A DNA stretch of 64,000 bases from the human T2T-CHM13v2.0 reference genome, Homo sapiens (GCF_009914755.1 NC_060926.1), one strand, 5' to 3'. Numbered from the stretch's first letter, positions 44,907 to 61,480 are shown. Notes: generated from the sequence alone by a model not told the origin. Translations and numbers: made by a program.

Positions 44907-46139
44907 GAGTAGTAAGAACTATGTTTTCATCCCCCTAATCTGGGTTTACATTAAAACAGTTTCTGAATTTCTTTTATTATGGACTATTACCATTAGCATG
45001 GCATAGATTTTTATCAAACAATGCCTGAACATTCTGGAGTTGAATTCTGGGGCTCTGACTGATCCATACTTCTCGGATTGTTTTGCTCTGACATTAGGAT
45101 GATAGGCATATGATAGCTGGGACTCAAATAGTTGAATCAGGCACTGCTACGGCTATGCTAATCTCTTTAAACATGTCCTGCAGAGGACACCTTCAATGTG
45201 GATGGACACATTTTAAAGGTAGAATGATATATTTGATAAAATGTTTAAAAACAAAATATAGTTCTTATAAGTTCTAATCTAAGACCAAGATTAAAAAGTT
45301 ATAGCTAATATTTATTGCATACTTACTAAAGTACTTACTACTTAACGTATGTTAAGCCTTTTACTGCATTATGTTGTTAAATCCTCACAACCACCCTATT
45401 AGAGAGCTGCTATTATTACTACTTTACAGACAAGGAAACTGAGATTTAAAAAGATGAAGTTACTTATCTAGGGAAATATGGTCAGTGAGTAGAAACAAGA
45501 CTCTAAGATACACACACAGCCCCATAAGACAATTCAAAGCAAATTAATTACCCTGGGATAATATGGCTAAAATTTTAGTACATGAACATGGTGCTTCAAA
45601 TTTTAGTGTCAAACACCAGCAACTTTATTATTTATTTCAAAATCTGTTTGTTAATCCCATGACCCAGAGAGTTAATTGCTAAATATCATATTTACACCCA
45701 GGGAAGTAGTTTATAGTTAATTTACAAAAAAAAATCACCTCTATAATACTTCTGTGTTATTATTATAAGTTCTCTACGGGAATGGTAGAAGACAGGTTCC
45801 TGAACAAACACAGTAAAAAGTTGTTCTCTAACTAAATAGCTAACCTCAATTGTCTTAGTGACCTTGGACACATTACTTGGAATGTTTGCAAGAGTATAAT
45901 AACTGTGACTTCATTTAGGTGAAACAAGTGCTTCTGCAAATGTTTACATAGTCCTAATTGCCCAAGCCTTTTACTAGTGTTTCCCTGCAACATCATTTTT
46001 TATTTAGCCAATAAATAGAAACACTTGTAAAAATGTTTACTTAAAACAACCTGCAAACAAATGTTTCTGTCAAAAGAATTAAAAGAAATATTTCAAATTA
46101 GATGTTACAATCGATAATTCAAACATATTTTGATGATTA

Positions 46140-46541
<402 letters not shown>

Positions 46542-46612
46542 TCAAACAAAATAACAAAATTGAGCCACAACCTTCAGTCTTGTTTCTATAATCTACTAAA
46601 AGATGATATGCT

Positions 46613-46919
46613 GGCTAGGTGTGGTGGTTCACACCTATAATCCCAGCACTTTGGGGGGAGATGGTGGCAGGTGGATCTCCTGAGCTCAGGAGTTTGAGAT
46701 CAGCCTGGGGAACAGGGTGAAACCCTGTCTCTACCCAAAATACAAAACACTAGCCAGTCATGGTGGCGCATGGCTGTGGTCCCAGCTACTCAGGAGGCTG
46801 AGGTGGGAGAACTGCTGGAGCCTTGGGAGGCAGAGATTGCAGTGAGCCGAGACCGAGCCACTGTACTCCAACCTGGGTGACAGAGTGAGACTTTGTCTCA
46901 AAAAAAAAAAAAAAAAAAA
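46613..46919 (+). mobile_element. AluJ
   Basis: Dimeric Alu followed by (CA)n. Confidence 0.92.
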
Positions 46920-46920
46920 T

Positions 46921-46946
46921 ACACACACACACACACACACACACAC
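46921..46946. repeat. (AC)13 microsatellite
   Basis: Read directly after the Alu A tail. Confidence 0.9.
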
Positions 46947-47118
46947 CCTGGTTTCATATTACCATACTACCATGAAAATACAGAGACCATAGCTAACCTT
47001 TCAGCGTGAGGCAACCACTTTTGAACCACAATATTTGGAATTAGCCAATCCGGGTCTCAATTTTCTATGTATCATTATGAGAAGTGTGATTTTTGACAAG
47101 CAACTTGAATCTGAATTT

Positions 47119-47442
47119 CAGTTACTCCGTATCCATGGGGGACTGGTTCCAGGATCCCCTCAGATACTAAAATCCACAGATGCTCAAGTCCCTCATATAA
47201 AATTATGCAATATTTGCATATAACCTACGCACATCCTCCTGTAAGTCATCTCTAGGTTACTTACAATATCTATTACAGTGCCTACACATCCTCTCATTTG
47301 GTGGAGTCAATGTAGTATTCAGCATTTAGCAAACTCAAGTTTTGCCTTTTGGAACTCTGTGGAATTTTTTTTTCCTAATATTTTTGATCCATGGTTGGTT
47401 GAATCTGCTGATGTGGATCCCACAGATGTAGAGGGCCAACTG
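47119..47442. mobile_element. MER2-family (Tigger-type) DNA transposon
   Basis: gtatccatgggggactggttccaggatcccc...gatgctcaagtccc...ttggttgaatc...gagggccaactg-ta. Confidence 0.85.
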
Positions 47443-48342
47443 TAATTGTCTGTGATGTGAGGAAAATAAGGATAACTGTCTCACCTTTTTTGGAGTGCAA
47501 ATCAAATAACATAATGTAGTGTTTTATGAACTCCAAAGCAGTGTACAGGATGCCCACTGGTGTCTGATACCAACAAAAAGGTCACCACATTCTCTTTGAT
47601 CTCCATTATAAACCAACGAACTGGTGGAGGGAGTGGCGACAGAGTTTAGGAAGCTTTGAAATAAGGTTTTAATCTACTCAAGGTTCCTCCAGCATTTTCA
47701 AGGCAGTAAGAGTTTGCTGTGCATCAGCTTTTCTGGTGGTCTTGGAAAGGAGGGATTCAGTGGCGCAAGTGTTGCATAAAAATTCAAACGGAATATCTCT
47801 TCTCAAAAAAGTAAAAAATGAATAAAATCCATCTTTGCCACCCAAGTTCCCCCACAGCTAGGATACTTTCCCCTTCCTCTCTTTTTTCTTGTAAGTTTCT
47901 TGAAGAAACTTGTTCTTTATGCTTTCTGACTCCATTTCTCATTGCCCATTCATTCTCCCCTCAAGAAGCAGTCTGATTCTGCCCCAGCTGAAACTTCACA
48001 GGAAAAGGTCACCAGTGATTTTCTTTTTGCTAAACCCTAAAGACTTTTCACTCAGCATCTGACCTAACCACACAGCAGTATTTGACCTACTGAACACCCA
48101 CTCTTTCCACTGCTCTCATGAATTCACAGATGCTCTCTCCTGGTATTTCTCCTTCAACTCTGGAGGCTCCTCCCACTACCCTCTATGGGTTCCCCTTCCT
48201 ATGCCCATATCGTAAATGTGGGTATTCCTGTTTTGCCCATAACCCTCTTATCTAGTTTCTCTTCTGCCCTCCCCAAGTGATCTTCTCCATCCTGTGGCTT
48301 TAGCTGCAATCCACGTGGCAGACAAGAAACATATTACTCTCC

Positions 48343-48666
<324 letters not shown>

Positions 48667-49166
48667 CTACTCTCAAGCTCTATATCTGCATATGCGACAG
48701 AGAACTCATCTTGCCTCAAACCTGCCCCTCCTCCCAACATTCACCATAGAGTAAAGGACATATCCTCTGTCCCCAAAAAATAAACATCATTCTTGATCCT
48801 TCTGGCTCCCTCACCTGCAATCACTCCAAATTAGCCAGTCATATGAATTCTCATCTACAGCATTGGCCACATCTATCCATTTCTCTGTCTCCGTTGCCTT
48901 CATGCAATCACCACCATCCAGTCTTCTTCCTTTCAGTCTTACCCTCCTCTAATCCATTCACCACACTGCAACCAAAATGTTCTTTCCAAAATTAAAACCT
49001 ATTGCCATTTGGATAAACTACACACATCTTAACATTACCTGAAAGAGTTTATGGCCACTTACCTTCTTGGCCTTATCTCTTTAATCTCTCTCTCTACCCC
49101 TACCCTCACCCCACACCCACTCCCACCTCAACCCCACTCTATATCTACATATAAAGAATTTATAGA

Positions 49167-49246
49167 GGCCAGGAGCAGTAGCTGATGCCTGTAATCCCAG
49201 CACTTTGAGCTGTGATTGTGCCACTGCATCTCACAAAAAAAAAAAA
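49167..49246 (+). mobile_element. Internally deleted mini-Alu
   Basis: Alu 5' end fused to Alu 3' end plus A tail; TSD aaagRatttataga. Confidence 0.8.
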
Positions 49247-49257
49247 GAAAGGATTTA

Positions 49258-49570
<313 letters not shown>

Positions 49571-49901
49571 CTGGAATTTTCCACTTGCTTTCTCACCTAT
49601 CCTGTTTCCTCTGCCTGGAACACTGTTTTCCACCACCATCACCCTCATCTTCTTTATCAACACTGTCCCCTCCTTACCTCCCACCCACACACACAACCTG
49701 GCTAAGTCTAATTCAGCTGTCCAGTCCTTGACGAGGAATCACATCTCTCTTGACCTCCAGGTCCATTTTGAATGGCCTCTTATATGCTCCCATAGCACCC
49801 AGATTTCCTCCATTATTATGCATCTCAAGCTATTTTTTTAACTTTATAATTTTTTACCATTTGTATAAACCATATACATCTTAACATTATCTGAAAGAGC
49901 T

Positions 49902-49991
49902 CTTCACAAATTTGCATGTCATCCCTGCACAGAAGCCATGCTAATCTCTGTGTTGTTCCAGTTTTAATGTATGTGCTGCCAAAGTGAGCAC
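49902..49991 (-). pseudogene. RNU6P: U6 snRNA retropseudogene (3'-truncated, chimeric)
   Basis: Minus strand reads GTGCTCACTTTGGCAGCACATACATTAAAACTGGAACAACACAGAGATTAGCATGG...GATGACATGCAAATTTGTGAAG, matching U6 nt 1 to about 93 with substitutions; TSD caagYtatttt. Confidence 0.93.
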
Positions 49992-52521
49992 GCAAGTTAT
50001 TTTCAAATGGCCTGTTTACTGTCTGTCTCCCTCACTAGACTGTAAGCTTCATGAAGGCATGGACTGTGCCTGTCTTGTTCATTCCTAGCTCCAAGTACTG
50101 TGCCATGGCACAAAACAAGTGCTCAATCCTTACTTGCTGAATTAACAAATTAATGAATCCCTGAACGTGGAAGAGAAGTTGTTCTGGAAATGTTATAGTG
50201 CAGGTAAAAGTGGATCAAGAGCATGTAGGAGGAGATCATTCAGCTAATTTCCTGGAGCAAAAAATCTGCTAGTTATATTTCTGATGTTTCTAACCTGCAA
50301 CACATGTTTTTTGTTCTGTGACTGAAAAATCAACATTTATATAATCACACCTACAGAACACAAGGTGAAGTGGATATTTAACAATTTCCCAGTTACGTAA
50401 GTATTCACAGGTAAACTGGCTAATGCGAGACAGAAGAGCTTTAGTTTGTACTGAATTATAAACTGGTTACACTAGTCAGGAGAACTGGATAAGTAAATCT
50501 CTACCATGGTCATAAATGTGGCATATAATTGAAGGATTCTATTTGAACCACATAACTCAGATTAACAATTAATGAGTGTACGAAAACAAACAAAATGTTA
50601 ATGAAAACAGCATGCCTGACATCTTAATGCAATTGCCTCCATATTTTGACTTTGGTTTTTGCTCATAACTCATACTGTCATCAAGATTAATTACTTATGG
50701 AACAAATAAAACTTTTACCTTGTCAGCAGGAAGGCAAATTATGCATGTTTTTCAATGTCTGGTATGATCCCACAGTAGCCAATGAAACAGAGCAAACATA
50801 ATGCATGGAATTTATTGCTGGTGGTCATTTTTATCACGCTCTCACTCAGCACTGAGTTCTCTGAATTAATTGGCTTGCATCAGAAACTCCAAGCTAGGAT
50901 GTAGTTCAGTTCCTTATGAACCAAATGCCAAATGTACTCTGAAAGGAGAACGCAAGAAGAAAAAAAAACTCCTTGCTAGATATCCCTCCAGACTTTTTAT
51001 TTTAAGGGGTTAACATTTGCTGAAGCAAATCAGCCTTTGGCCAGCAACCAATGGGGCCACAGACACTCTCTGTACTTTTCTAGGGGTGTTGGAGGAGAGG
51101 GTGAGGTGAAATAGGATAGGGTGACAATGGGAAAATAAAAGTAACAGCAGCAGTAGCTTGATGCTGCTGGAAACTGACTAGAGATAAAGAATCCTAAAAA
51201 AACTGCCCAGTCTAACCTTCTCCAAGTTCCCATTAAAGTCAGGCCTTTTGAAACTAGTAATTAAATTAGCACCTGTCTATCTGCCTACTTTTTAAATATG
51301 TAAATGAATGACTTCAAGTCTTAAGCAAAGGCTATATACAAGATTAAACTGTAATAGAGTATGTCAAGTATCTCATAAATATTCAGTAAATATCAGCCTT
51401 GGATGTTTTTTAATGAAGATGTTACTGGGCTAGAACCAGCTTGGTTTTCCTAATCAGGCACCATTTTTTTCTGTAAATGGTTACATATTCTTCACAGTTG
51501 TTTTCCACTAGTATAATTAACCTGGGTCCATAGCCCAAAACCTAAATCCATCAATCTATGAGAAAACAAATACTTTTAATGAACATTCAGCCATGTGCCT
51601 CCTTTTTCTATTACTTCTATATGACATTCAGCGATCCTTCTACCATGAAGCTTTCACTTATTACCCTACTGAGAAATAAGTTTCCAACTTTATTTTCAAT
51701 CTTTTCAATTATAATTTGTTTTCTATATCTTGTTTTCTTTAAAAAATCACTTTCTGCCACATAATTACATTATTTATGGATTTTATTATCTCCAGTATTT
51801 GACTGTACAATGTTTTATAGTCATTGTATTCCCCACAATGTAGAGACTTAACAGCTTTTAAAATAATGTTTATTGACTTTTGTGATTATAAATAAGTACT
51901 ACATGTTCATTGCTTGTCATTTTGAAAATACGAAAGAGAATAAAAGGCAAAATAAACAATGCCTATTCACCCTCCACTGGAAAAAAGCACTGCCCCGTTG
52001 TGGCCCTTTCAGCCCTTATGTAGATTTTGTTTTTTTAAACATAGTTCAGAGCTTACTATAGATACGCATTTTTCCCCACCTAGCAATCATTGGTAACACC
52101 TTTCCACACTGCTAAACTTCTTCATTAAAAAATCCTTTTTAGTGTCTATATAACACTGTATCTATTGATGACACCATAATTTGTTCCCATTTTGGGGCAT
52201 TTAGGTTATTACATATGTTTTTTCCTAAATAAAGTTATATTGAGCATCTTTGAACATTAACTTTTAAAATATTTCTGATAAATTCCTTTGGATGGACCCT
52301 AGAAGTGGAATTAACTGGGTCAAAAGGTAGGAGCATCATTGAGGCTTTTCATACATTCACCAATGAGCTGTTCGGAAAGGTTACAGCAAGTGTGCATCCC
52401 TCCTAGCATTTGCAAGTGTCTGCTGCACTGCACACTAACTGTTGAGGAGGATTTTTGAAAATTTATGTTAATTTGAGATTTGGAAAAAATGATACTTTGC
52501 TATTGTTTCAATTTTTCTTTC

Positions 52522-53150
52522 TGTATTAGTTTTCTATGGTTGCATAACAAATTTCTACAAACTTAAGTAGCTTAAAACAACACCTATTCATTTTCTCACA
52601 GTTCTGAAGGTCAGAAGACTGGATGGGCTTGGCTGGGTTTTCTGCTCAGAGTCTCTCACACAAGGCTGAAACCAAGGTGGTGGCCAGGCTGGGCTCTTAT
52701 CTATTAATAGAAACTCAGGTAAAGAATCCAGTTATAAGCTTATTGGGATTGTTGACAGAATCTAGTTCCTTGTGGCTTATGTCAGAGGTCCCCATTTCTT
52801 TCTATGCTGGTTGTTAGCTGGGGCCACCCTCAGCAACTCTAGGCCTCCAGCACTCCTCAAGGCTGCCCAAATTCCTTCTCAACAGTTCCTCTCCACCTTC
52901 GAAGCCGCAACACAGTATGTTGAGTCCTTCCCCTACTTTAAGTCTCTCCAATTTCCCAGACAGAGAAAGCTCCCAACTTGTATGGGCTCCTGTGATTAGA
53001 TTAGACCCACCCAGAAAATCTCACCATTTTAAATTAAACTGTGCCACATAACATAATTGAGAAAGTGATATCTTATTATATGCACAGGTTTCACAGATTA
53101 CAGACAGCAATTTTAGTAGAGAGACATTTTTAGAATTTTGCCTGCCACAG
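52522..53150 (-). mobile_element. MLT1 (MaLR) LTR
   Basis: tgtattagtttt...ttaaaacaacac...ctcacagttctg...gattagattagacccaccca...ctgccaca. Confidence 0.7.
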
Positions 53151-53399
53151 TCTTAGGTGTTGTTTCTTATCATTTGTTTGTGTTCTTTATAATTAAACCT
53201 CAATTACACAAATCTACTAAAAAAATGAATCTTACTGTTGACTGCCAGAAGCTGTATTTCCATAATGGCAAAGGCAACTAACTATGAATGGGGCTGCAGC
53301 ATGCTAATAAAATTTTGAAAACATAACTTTGCTAACACTGGTATTTAAAAGTTTTAAATTGTGGTAAAATATATATAATATGAAATTTACCATATTAAC

Positions 53400-53558
53400 C
53401 TTTTTTTTTTTTATGACATGGTCTTGCTCTGTTGCCCAGGCTGGTGTGCGTGGCGTAATCATACCTCACTTAACTTCCAACTCTTGGGTTCAAGCAATGC
53501 CCCCGCCTCAGCCTCCCAAAGCACTGGAATTACAGGCCTGAGCCATCATATCCAGCCC
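53400..53558 (-). mobile_element. FLAM/monomeric Alu-like element
   Basis: Short reverse Alu of about 150 bp. Confidence 0.75.
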
Positions 53559-53675
53559 CATCTTAACTATTTTTAAGTGCACAGTTCAGTATTGTTAAGT
53601 ACATTCACATTGTTGTGCAGCCAATCTCCAGAACTCTTTTCATTTTGCAAAACTGAAACTCTATACCCATTAAAC

Positions 53676-54028
53676 CAGGAGTCCCCAACCCCCATGTCTG
53701 TAGACTAGTACGGGTCCATGGCCTGTTAGGAACTGGGCCACACAACAGTGAGCGATGGACCAGCCACGCATTGCTGTTTGAGCTCCGCCTCCTGTCAGAT
53801 CGGCAGCAGCATTAGATTCTCATAGGAGCGCAAACCTTATTGTGAACTGTGCGTGCGAGGGATCTAGGTTGCACGCTCCTTATGAGAATCTAACTAATGC
53901 CTAATGATCTGAGGTGGAACAGTTTCATCCCGTAACTATCACCCCCCTACTCCCCGACCCCACACCACCCGCTCTGTGGAAAAATGGTCTTCCGGTCCCT
54001 GGTGCCAAAAACCACCAGGGGACCGCAG
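53676..54028. mobile_element. MER1B-type hAT-Charlie element inserted in an old L1
   Basis: Starts caggagtccccaaccccc; perfect 8-bp TSD cattaaac at 53668-53675 and 54029-54036. Confidence 0.88.
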
Positions 54029-54172
54029 CATTAAACAACAAATCCCCATTGCCTGCCTCCCTCCAGGCCCTGGTAATCACCATTCCACTTTCAACACTGG
54101 CATATTTTTATTTTATATATTTATTAACAAACATGTATATAGCAATTACTATATGCCAGGTACGGTTCTAAG

Positions 54173-54518
<346 letters not shown>

Positions 54519-55599
54519 CTAAGTAAACTGCCCAAGATTACACAACTAGGAAGTGACCAAGCAGGAATTCAAACTGAAGTAGTCTGGCTTTATAGTTTTT
54601 GCTATAAACCATGACATTGTAAAAATATTCATTGTAAAGAAAAACTCATCAGGAATTAGTATCATTTCTTCTATGTATATCTATCTATTGTAGGTGCAAT
54701 TTAACCTAATATTCATCTCCTGTCTAAAAGACTATGTGACCAAGGTTACAAATGTCTACTGATATTTTTAGAGACTAGATATATAGCCCAGCTTTTGTTA
54801 AGGCATTTTCTTGAAGTCAGTCAGTCAAAAACTGCCTTGTATTTTAAGTATGCCAATTATAATTTACATGTAGTATTTTATAATAAAATACTTTATAAAT
54901 ACAAATCACAACTCACTACGATTACTTAAAATATAGAGAAAAAAATTCAGCTGTTTCTCTCTGGTCCCTTCCAAGGAAGAAAAAAGAAGAGAGAAATAAA
55001 CTTCTAAATAAGTTTACAACAGCATGGCTCAATCTCAGTTTAACCTGGTAAATTCAAATTTGTCTTGCTTTGCAAGGTATACATCCAGACCAGTCTCAAT
55101 TTGTCATCCAAATATATATCTCAGTAGTAATTTATTTTTGTTTAAGGGATGAGTGTGAGATTTTCTTATCTTGATTTTTTAGCTTAATAATTCTTTCCTA
55201 CAAGACCAAACCATGCTTGTCATCAGTCATGTGGTGTCATTTACTATACATTAAAAACGGACAGAGTCGACAGAAAGAACAATCGTTTTCTGGAAGCCCC
55301 AGCCTGATGTAGGTTAAAAGCTCTGCTGGGGTTTGGTTTTATAATCCCCAGGCGGGGATGGCAGGGATACTAATAACGCACTCAACAAGATCACCTACTA
55401 TTTCAACTACTTTCTCCTCCTATTACATACCTGATTCACAAAAATAAGCAGACAATGCATCATGTAATCTCCCCTCACCCATTAGCCATTGCAGTGTGGT
55501 ACAATCTCCAGCACGTAATAAAAACCTGAGCATGCAAGAAACAGCAAAATCACTGCTATCCCTGGGAGCTGCTCGGATATTTACAATGCAGTCGTCCCC

Positions 55600-56200
55600 A
55601 CCCCATCCCCCAAACTGGCCGGCCAGGCAGCACAGAAGCAGACGGATGCTCACCTGGGCCCCGGCTGCTACTCTCCATTCACCTGCGGGGCCTTCAGTCC
55701 GCTCCTGGAGGGGCTTGACTCCCGCAGCCTGCCGCCCGCCTCACGGTGACAGCCCGCCCGGGCGCTGACCATCCCGGCCCGGCTCTGTTTACAAGCGGCT
55801 TCTCGCGGTCCCACTCTGAAATGCTTCCGCCGGCGGCCCGGGCAGCCAGAGCCGGACACACAAGGTTCCAGGCCGCGAGGACGAGTCTTTCCTGCCCGAG
55901 GGACCCGGCAGCTAGGCAAGGCCTGACCGCACCCGCCAGGCCTCCTTATTTCTTTGCTTTCTTATATACAGTTCCTCTTGTACACATTGTGAAAGCAATG
56001 GCGTGTGTCGTGGAGTCTCCTCACTGCTCCACCCAACGCCAAAATGGGTGTTTGCGATTGGAAAATGTCACTTAGAACATGTCAGGATCGGGCTGGTTTT
56101 TAGCAGCTCCCTTGTCTAAGGGAATTAATTACTCAAATAAGTTCTTTCCAAAAGTGGGACTATTCTGGAGATTGCTTCTCATTTCCGGTTTTGGGGCTGC
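55600..56200 (-). promoter_or_regulatory. CpG-island promoter of PLEKHM3
   Basis: Only CpG/GC-rich non-Alu segment in the window. GC-box-like ccgccc, ETS cores (cttccg near 55824, tttccggt near 56182), CCAAT (attgg near 56057), forkhead TGTTTAC at 55786-55792. Confidence 0.85.
55654..55792 (-). other. PLEKHM3: PLEKHM3 non-coding exon 1 (TSS approximate)
   Basis: Strong donor CCAG|GTGAGC at 55654/55653 at the downstream edge of the CpG island; second donor GCAG|GTGAAT at 55683/55682. The TSS cannot be fixed from sequence alone. Confidence 0.7.
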
Positions 56201-56828
56201 AGTGAAAATCCGTTTTCACTGTCCTTTCCTACGCAGGTTGAAAAGGGGTGGTTTTGAGGTGAGGTCTTCACCCCCACTTGCGGATTCCCAGCAAAATAGG
56301 GTGTGCGTGTGTGTGCACGCGGGCAGGACTGCCTGGTAAGACCGCCCACATCCCACCTGCAGTGACTGTGGTCGCTTTGCAGGGATATGCTGGTCTGATT
56401 GGACAGACCTTCCTTGCAGTTTCCTGTCTGTTTTCCATCATAGCACACTTCTTAGCCATTTTCTCACTTTATAAGTACACACTTATTTATCAGTTTTATT
56501 GGTTTTCCCACGCTCACCCATCTCACCTATAAACTCCCTGAGGGCAGGCACTATTTCAGTTTCACTCACCACCATCTAGTAGGCACCTAGCACAGGCCCA
56601 ATGTATATATATCTGAATAAATGAATGAACAAAGGAATGATAAAAAAAAAAAAAGGTCAAAGGGGTCAGGGATGAAACAGAAATCTAAAACTCTGATTCC
56701 TCTTCCCACCTTCCCACCCTCCAGAAGATTAATAAGCAAATCTTTAAGCTTTGAGTTAAGAAAAAATTTCCTTTGGTTGATATTCAAAGTTTAAATAAGC
56801 TTTCTTTAAACCCTGCAATTTGAGGTAC

Positions 56829-57149
56829 TTTTTTTTCTGTTTTGCTAGAGACAGGATCTCACTCTGTGCCCCGGCCAGAGTGCAGTCGCACGATCATAGC
56901 TCACTGCAGCCCTGAACTCCTGGGTTCAAGGGATCCCCCCAACTCAGCCTCCTGAGTAGCTAGGACTACAGGCACGCATCACCACAACGTGGCTAACTTC
57001 TTTTTTCTTTCTTTCTCTTTTTTTTTTTTTTGTAAAGGCAAGGTCTCCCTGTGTTGCCCAGGATGATCCTGAACTCCTGGCCTCAGGCAATCCTTCTTCC
57101 TTGCCTTCCAAAGTGCTGGGATTACAGGTGTGAGCCACCTCACCTGGCC
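56829..57149 (-). mobile_element. AluJ
   Basis: Reverse Alu; TSD gaggtac. Confidence 0.9.
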
Positions 57150-57426
57150 AGAGGTACATTTTTTGTTTTGTTTTGTTTTAATTACCAAAAGAGAATATTT
57201 GCAGTATTCTCTTTTGCCTCAGGACTTTGTACATGTGATTCCCTCTGATGAGAGTTCTCACTCCTGGCCCATCCTCTTACTTAGGCTGGCTAATTTCTCT
57301 TTGCTCTTTAAGAAGCAGGTAACAGGTGCTTGGTCTCTCAAGTCACTTGCTTGGTCTTCTTCCAAGTGTTCTTTTCTTCTTTTCCTTCCCTTCATTACTA
57401 CTCTAAAGCTTTTTAATAAACTTTCA

Positions 57427-57878
<452 letters not shown>

Positions 57879-58216
57879 GCAGATGACATCACACCTCTTC
57901 TGGAAACCTTGCCTGATAGGGGAACCTGCTCCTTTTATGCACTCCTAGAGGATCTCATGTGTTCCTTTATAAATGTACCCATTACATTGTGCTACACAGA
58001 TCAGTCTTCCATTGGATTGGTGGTTCTCAAAATTCACATGGAACAGAATCTTCTAGGATGGTGTTTCTCAAACTTTAACGGGTAAGAATTCTGTCAAAAT
58101 GCAGAATCTGATACAGTAAGTCTGGGATGGGGCCTCTCCAACAGTCATGATCTCCTAAGTGATGCTGCATTTTGAGTGTCAAGGTTCTTGAATGCTGTTA
58201 AAAATGCAGATTCCTA

Positions 58217-58586
<370 letters not shown>

Positions 58587-58775
58587 CTACCTACATTAGG
58601 GTCCTGAATTCCATAATTTCTACAAGGTCCTCAGTGCTTCCCAAGTTGGTGATCCATGGACCATCCTTTGAGAAAAACTCTTTCAGACTAGTCTTGAAGT
58701 CTGATGTCAGGAGTTTGTGATTTGTCATTGTTTTTCATGGATTAAGCATGAAGTCTGGGACATAAAATGCATTTA

Positions 58776-59093
<318 letters not shown>

Positions 59094-59384
59094 GCTGTGT
59101 TTGCAAAATGACTGATTTTATTCACTCTCACTAATACAGATCCTCAGCACCAGAATTAAGGGGATGATCCCAGAAAAAGGCTGAAAGATTTAGGGCTGAG
59201 AATAATCTCAGCTAGGCAGCCACTGGCTCATGGACCTCTGTATGTCAGCTAGGAGCTCTATATGTCAGCTAGGCCTCTGTATGTCAGCTAGGAACATTTT
59301 GCCTCTCTAAATGTAAAATATTTAAGTTCATATCTCCATTCAAAAGGTTGTCTGCTAAAAGCAGCTCCATCATCTTCTTTTGCC

Positions 59385-59680
<296 letters not shown>

Positions 59681-59689
59681 TTCTTTTGT

Positions 59690-59890
59690 CTTTTAGAGCA
59701 ATTTTGGATTCACAGGAAAATTGAGCAGAAAGTACAGACTTCCCATATATCCCCTGCTCCTCAAACCCACAACCTCTCCCACTATCAATCCTGCACCACA
59801 GTGGTACACTTATTACAATCAATGAAACTGCACTGACAGACACATCATTACCACCCATGTAATGTAAAGTTCATAGTTTACATTAGGGGA
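59690..59890 (-). mobile_element. L1MC-like fragment
   Basis: ttttagagcaattttggattcacaggaaaattgagcagaaagtacaga...catagtttacattaggg. Confidence 0.65.
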
Positions 59891-60004
59891 ACCATTTTTT
59901 TGACTTCTTTATACCCTAACATTCAGGAAGGCCTCTCTTTCCATTATCGGAATGATTTTTAACACAGAATGGAGCGTCATGCTGTAGCTCAGTAATTAAG
60001 GTTT

Positions 60005-60310
60005 GCTGGGGGCAGTGGCTCACACCTGTAATCCCAACACTTTGGGAGACCAAGGCAGGAGGATCACTTGAGCCCAGGAATTAGAGACCAGCCTGAGCAA
60101 CATAGCGAGACTCCATCTCTACAAAAAATAACAAATTAAAAAATTAGCCAGGTGTGGTGGCACAAGATTCCAGCTACTCAGGAGGCTGATGCAGGAGGAT
60201 CACTTGAGCCCAGGAGTTGGACACTGCAGTGAGCTATGATCATACCACTGCACTCCAGCCTGAGCAACAGATTGAGATCTTGTCAAACAAACAAAACAAA
60301 CAAACAAAAA
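60005..60310 (+). mobile_element. AluJ
   Basis: (CAAA)n tail; 3' end tandemly duplicated. Confidence 0.9.
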
Positions 60311-60449
60311 ACCCTAAAACTAGAATGAAACAAAACCTAGAAGACGATCTAGTCCAATTGTTAATCCCCAGCTGCTTTCTTACTCCAGCCTGAGCAACAG
60401 AGTGAGATCCTGTCTTAAAAAACAAAAACAAAAAAACACCCAAAACTAG

Positions 60450-60824
<375 letters not shown>

Positions 60825-60979
60825 CTCCAATACTTTTAACGGCCTCCTATTGCCAGAAGGAGTTCAGACTTCATGGCTTGACCTTGAGGCTCTCTACATT
60901 ATTGGCTCCCTCCTACATGTGGGGACATCTCTGTTTTTCTGCACTCAGCATTCCTACTTCCTTTGGGAACTTCCCCTAC

Positions 60980-61480
60980 CTGTAAGACACAGGGTAAGTA
61001 TGTGATCAATGCTAAGCCAGTTCTACTATTCACAGTACCCTAGTCTCTTGGCTATAGCAGTTGAGCCAGGGTGGGCATGTGACCCACCCAATCAGAGTCC
61101 TTCCCTGGAATTTTTATCTCTGAAGCTGTGGAAGGAGCCTTGCCTATTGGGATACAGGACTGGAAGGATGTGAATTGGAGGCCCCTGATGGCCATCTTTC
61201 CCACCATGTGAGAATGCCTGTCTGCAGAACAAGGGAAGGAGGGTGACAGGAGAGAGGAGAGTAACACCAAGGGAGGGATGAAGATTTTGTGTGAGGGGAG
61301 TTGGAAGGTGTGGTGGGAGAGTAAGAGCAAATGACCTTGCTTGAGTCCCAGGATCTCCTCAGGCTTGGAGCTTAACCTCACCTCCTAGACCCTATAGTTC
61401 TATTATCAATTAATCCCATGTTATCTCAAGGGAGTTTGTGTTGGTTTCTGACATTTACAACTGCAAGTGTCTTGACTGAC
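60980..61480 (+). mobile_element. Old MLT1 LTR (degenerate)
   Basis: gggtgggcatgtgacccaccc-aatcagagtccttccctgg ... ttggtttctgacatttacaactgcaagtgtcttgactga. Confidence 0.6.

Larger units (their letters stand above)
53352..54095 (-). mobile_element. L1MB-like 3' fragment hosting a FLAM and MER1B
   Basis: ttgtggtaaaatatatataatatgaaatttaccat...ttaagtgcacagttcagtattgttaagtacattcacattgttgtgc. Confidence 0.7.

Noticed and set aside
55740-55750. tcacggtgac resembling a CLEAR/TFEB motif
   Set aside because: An extra base breaks the CACGTG core.
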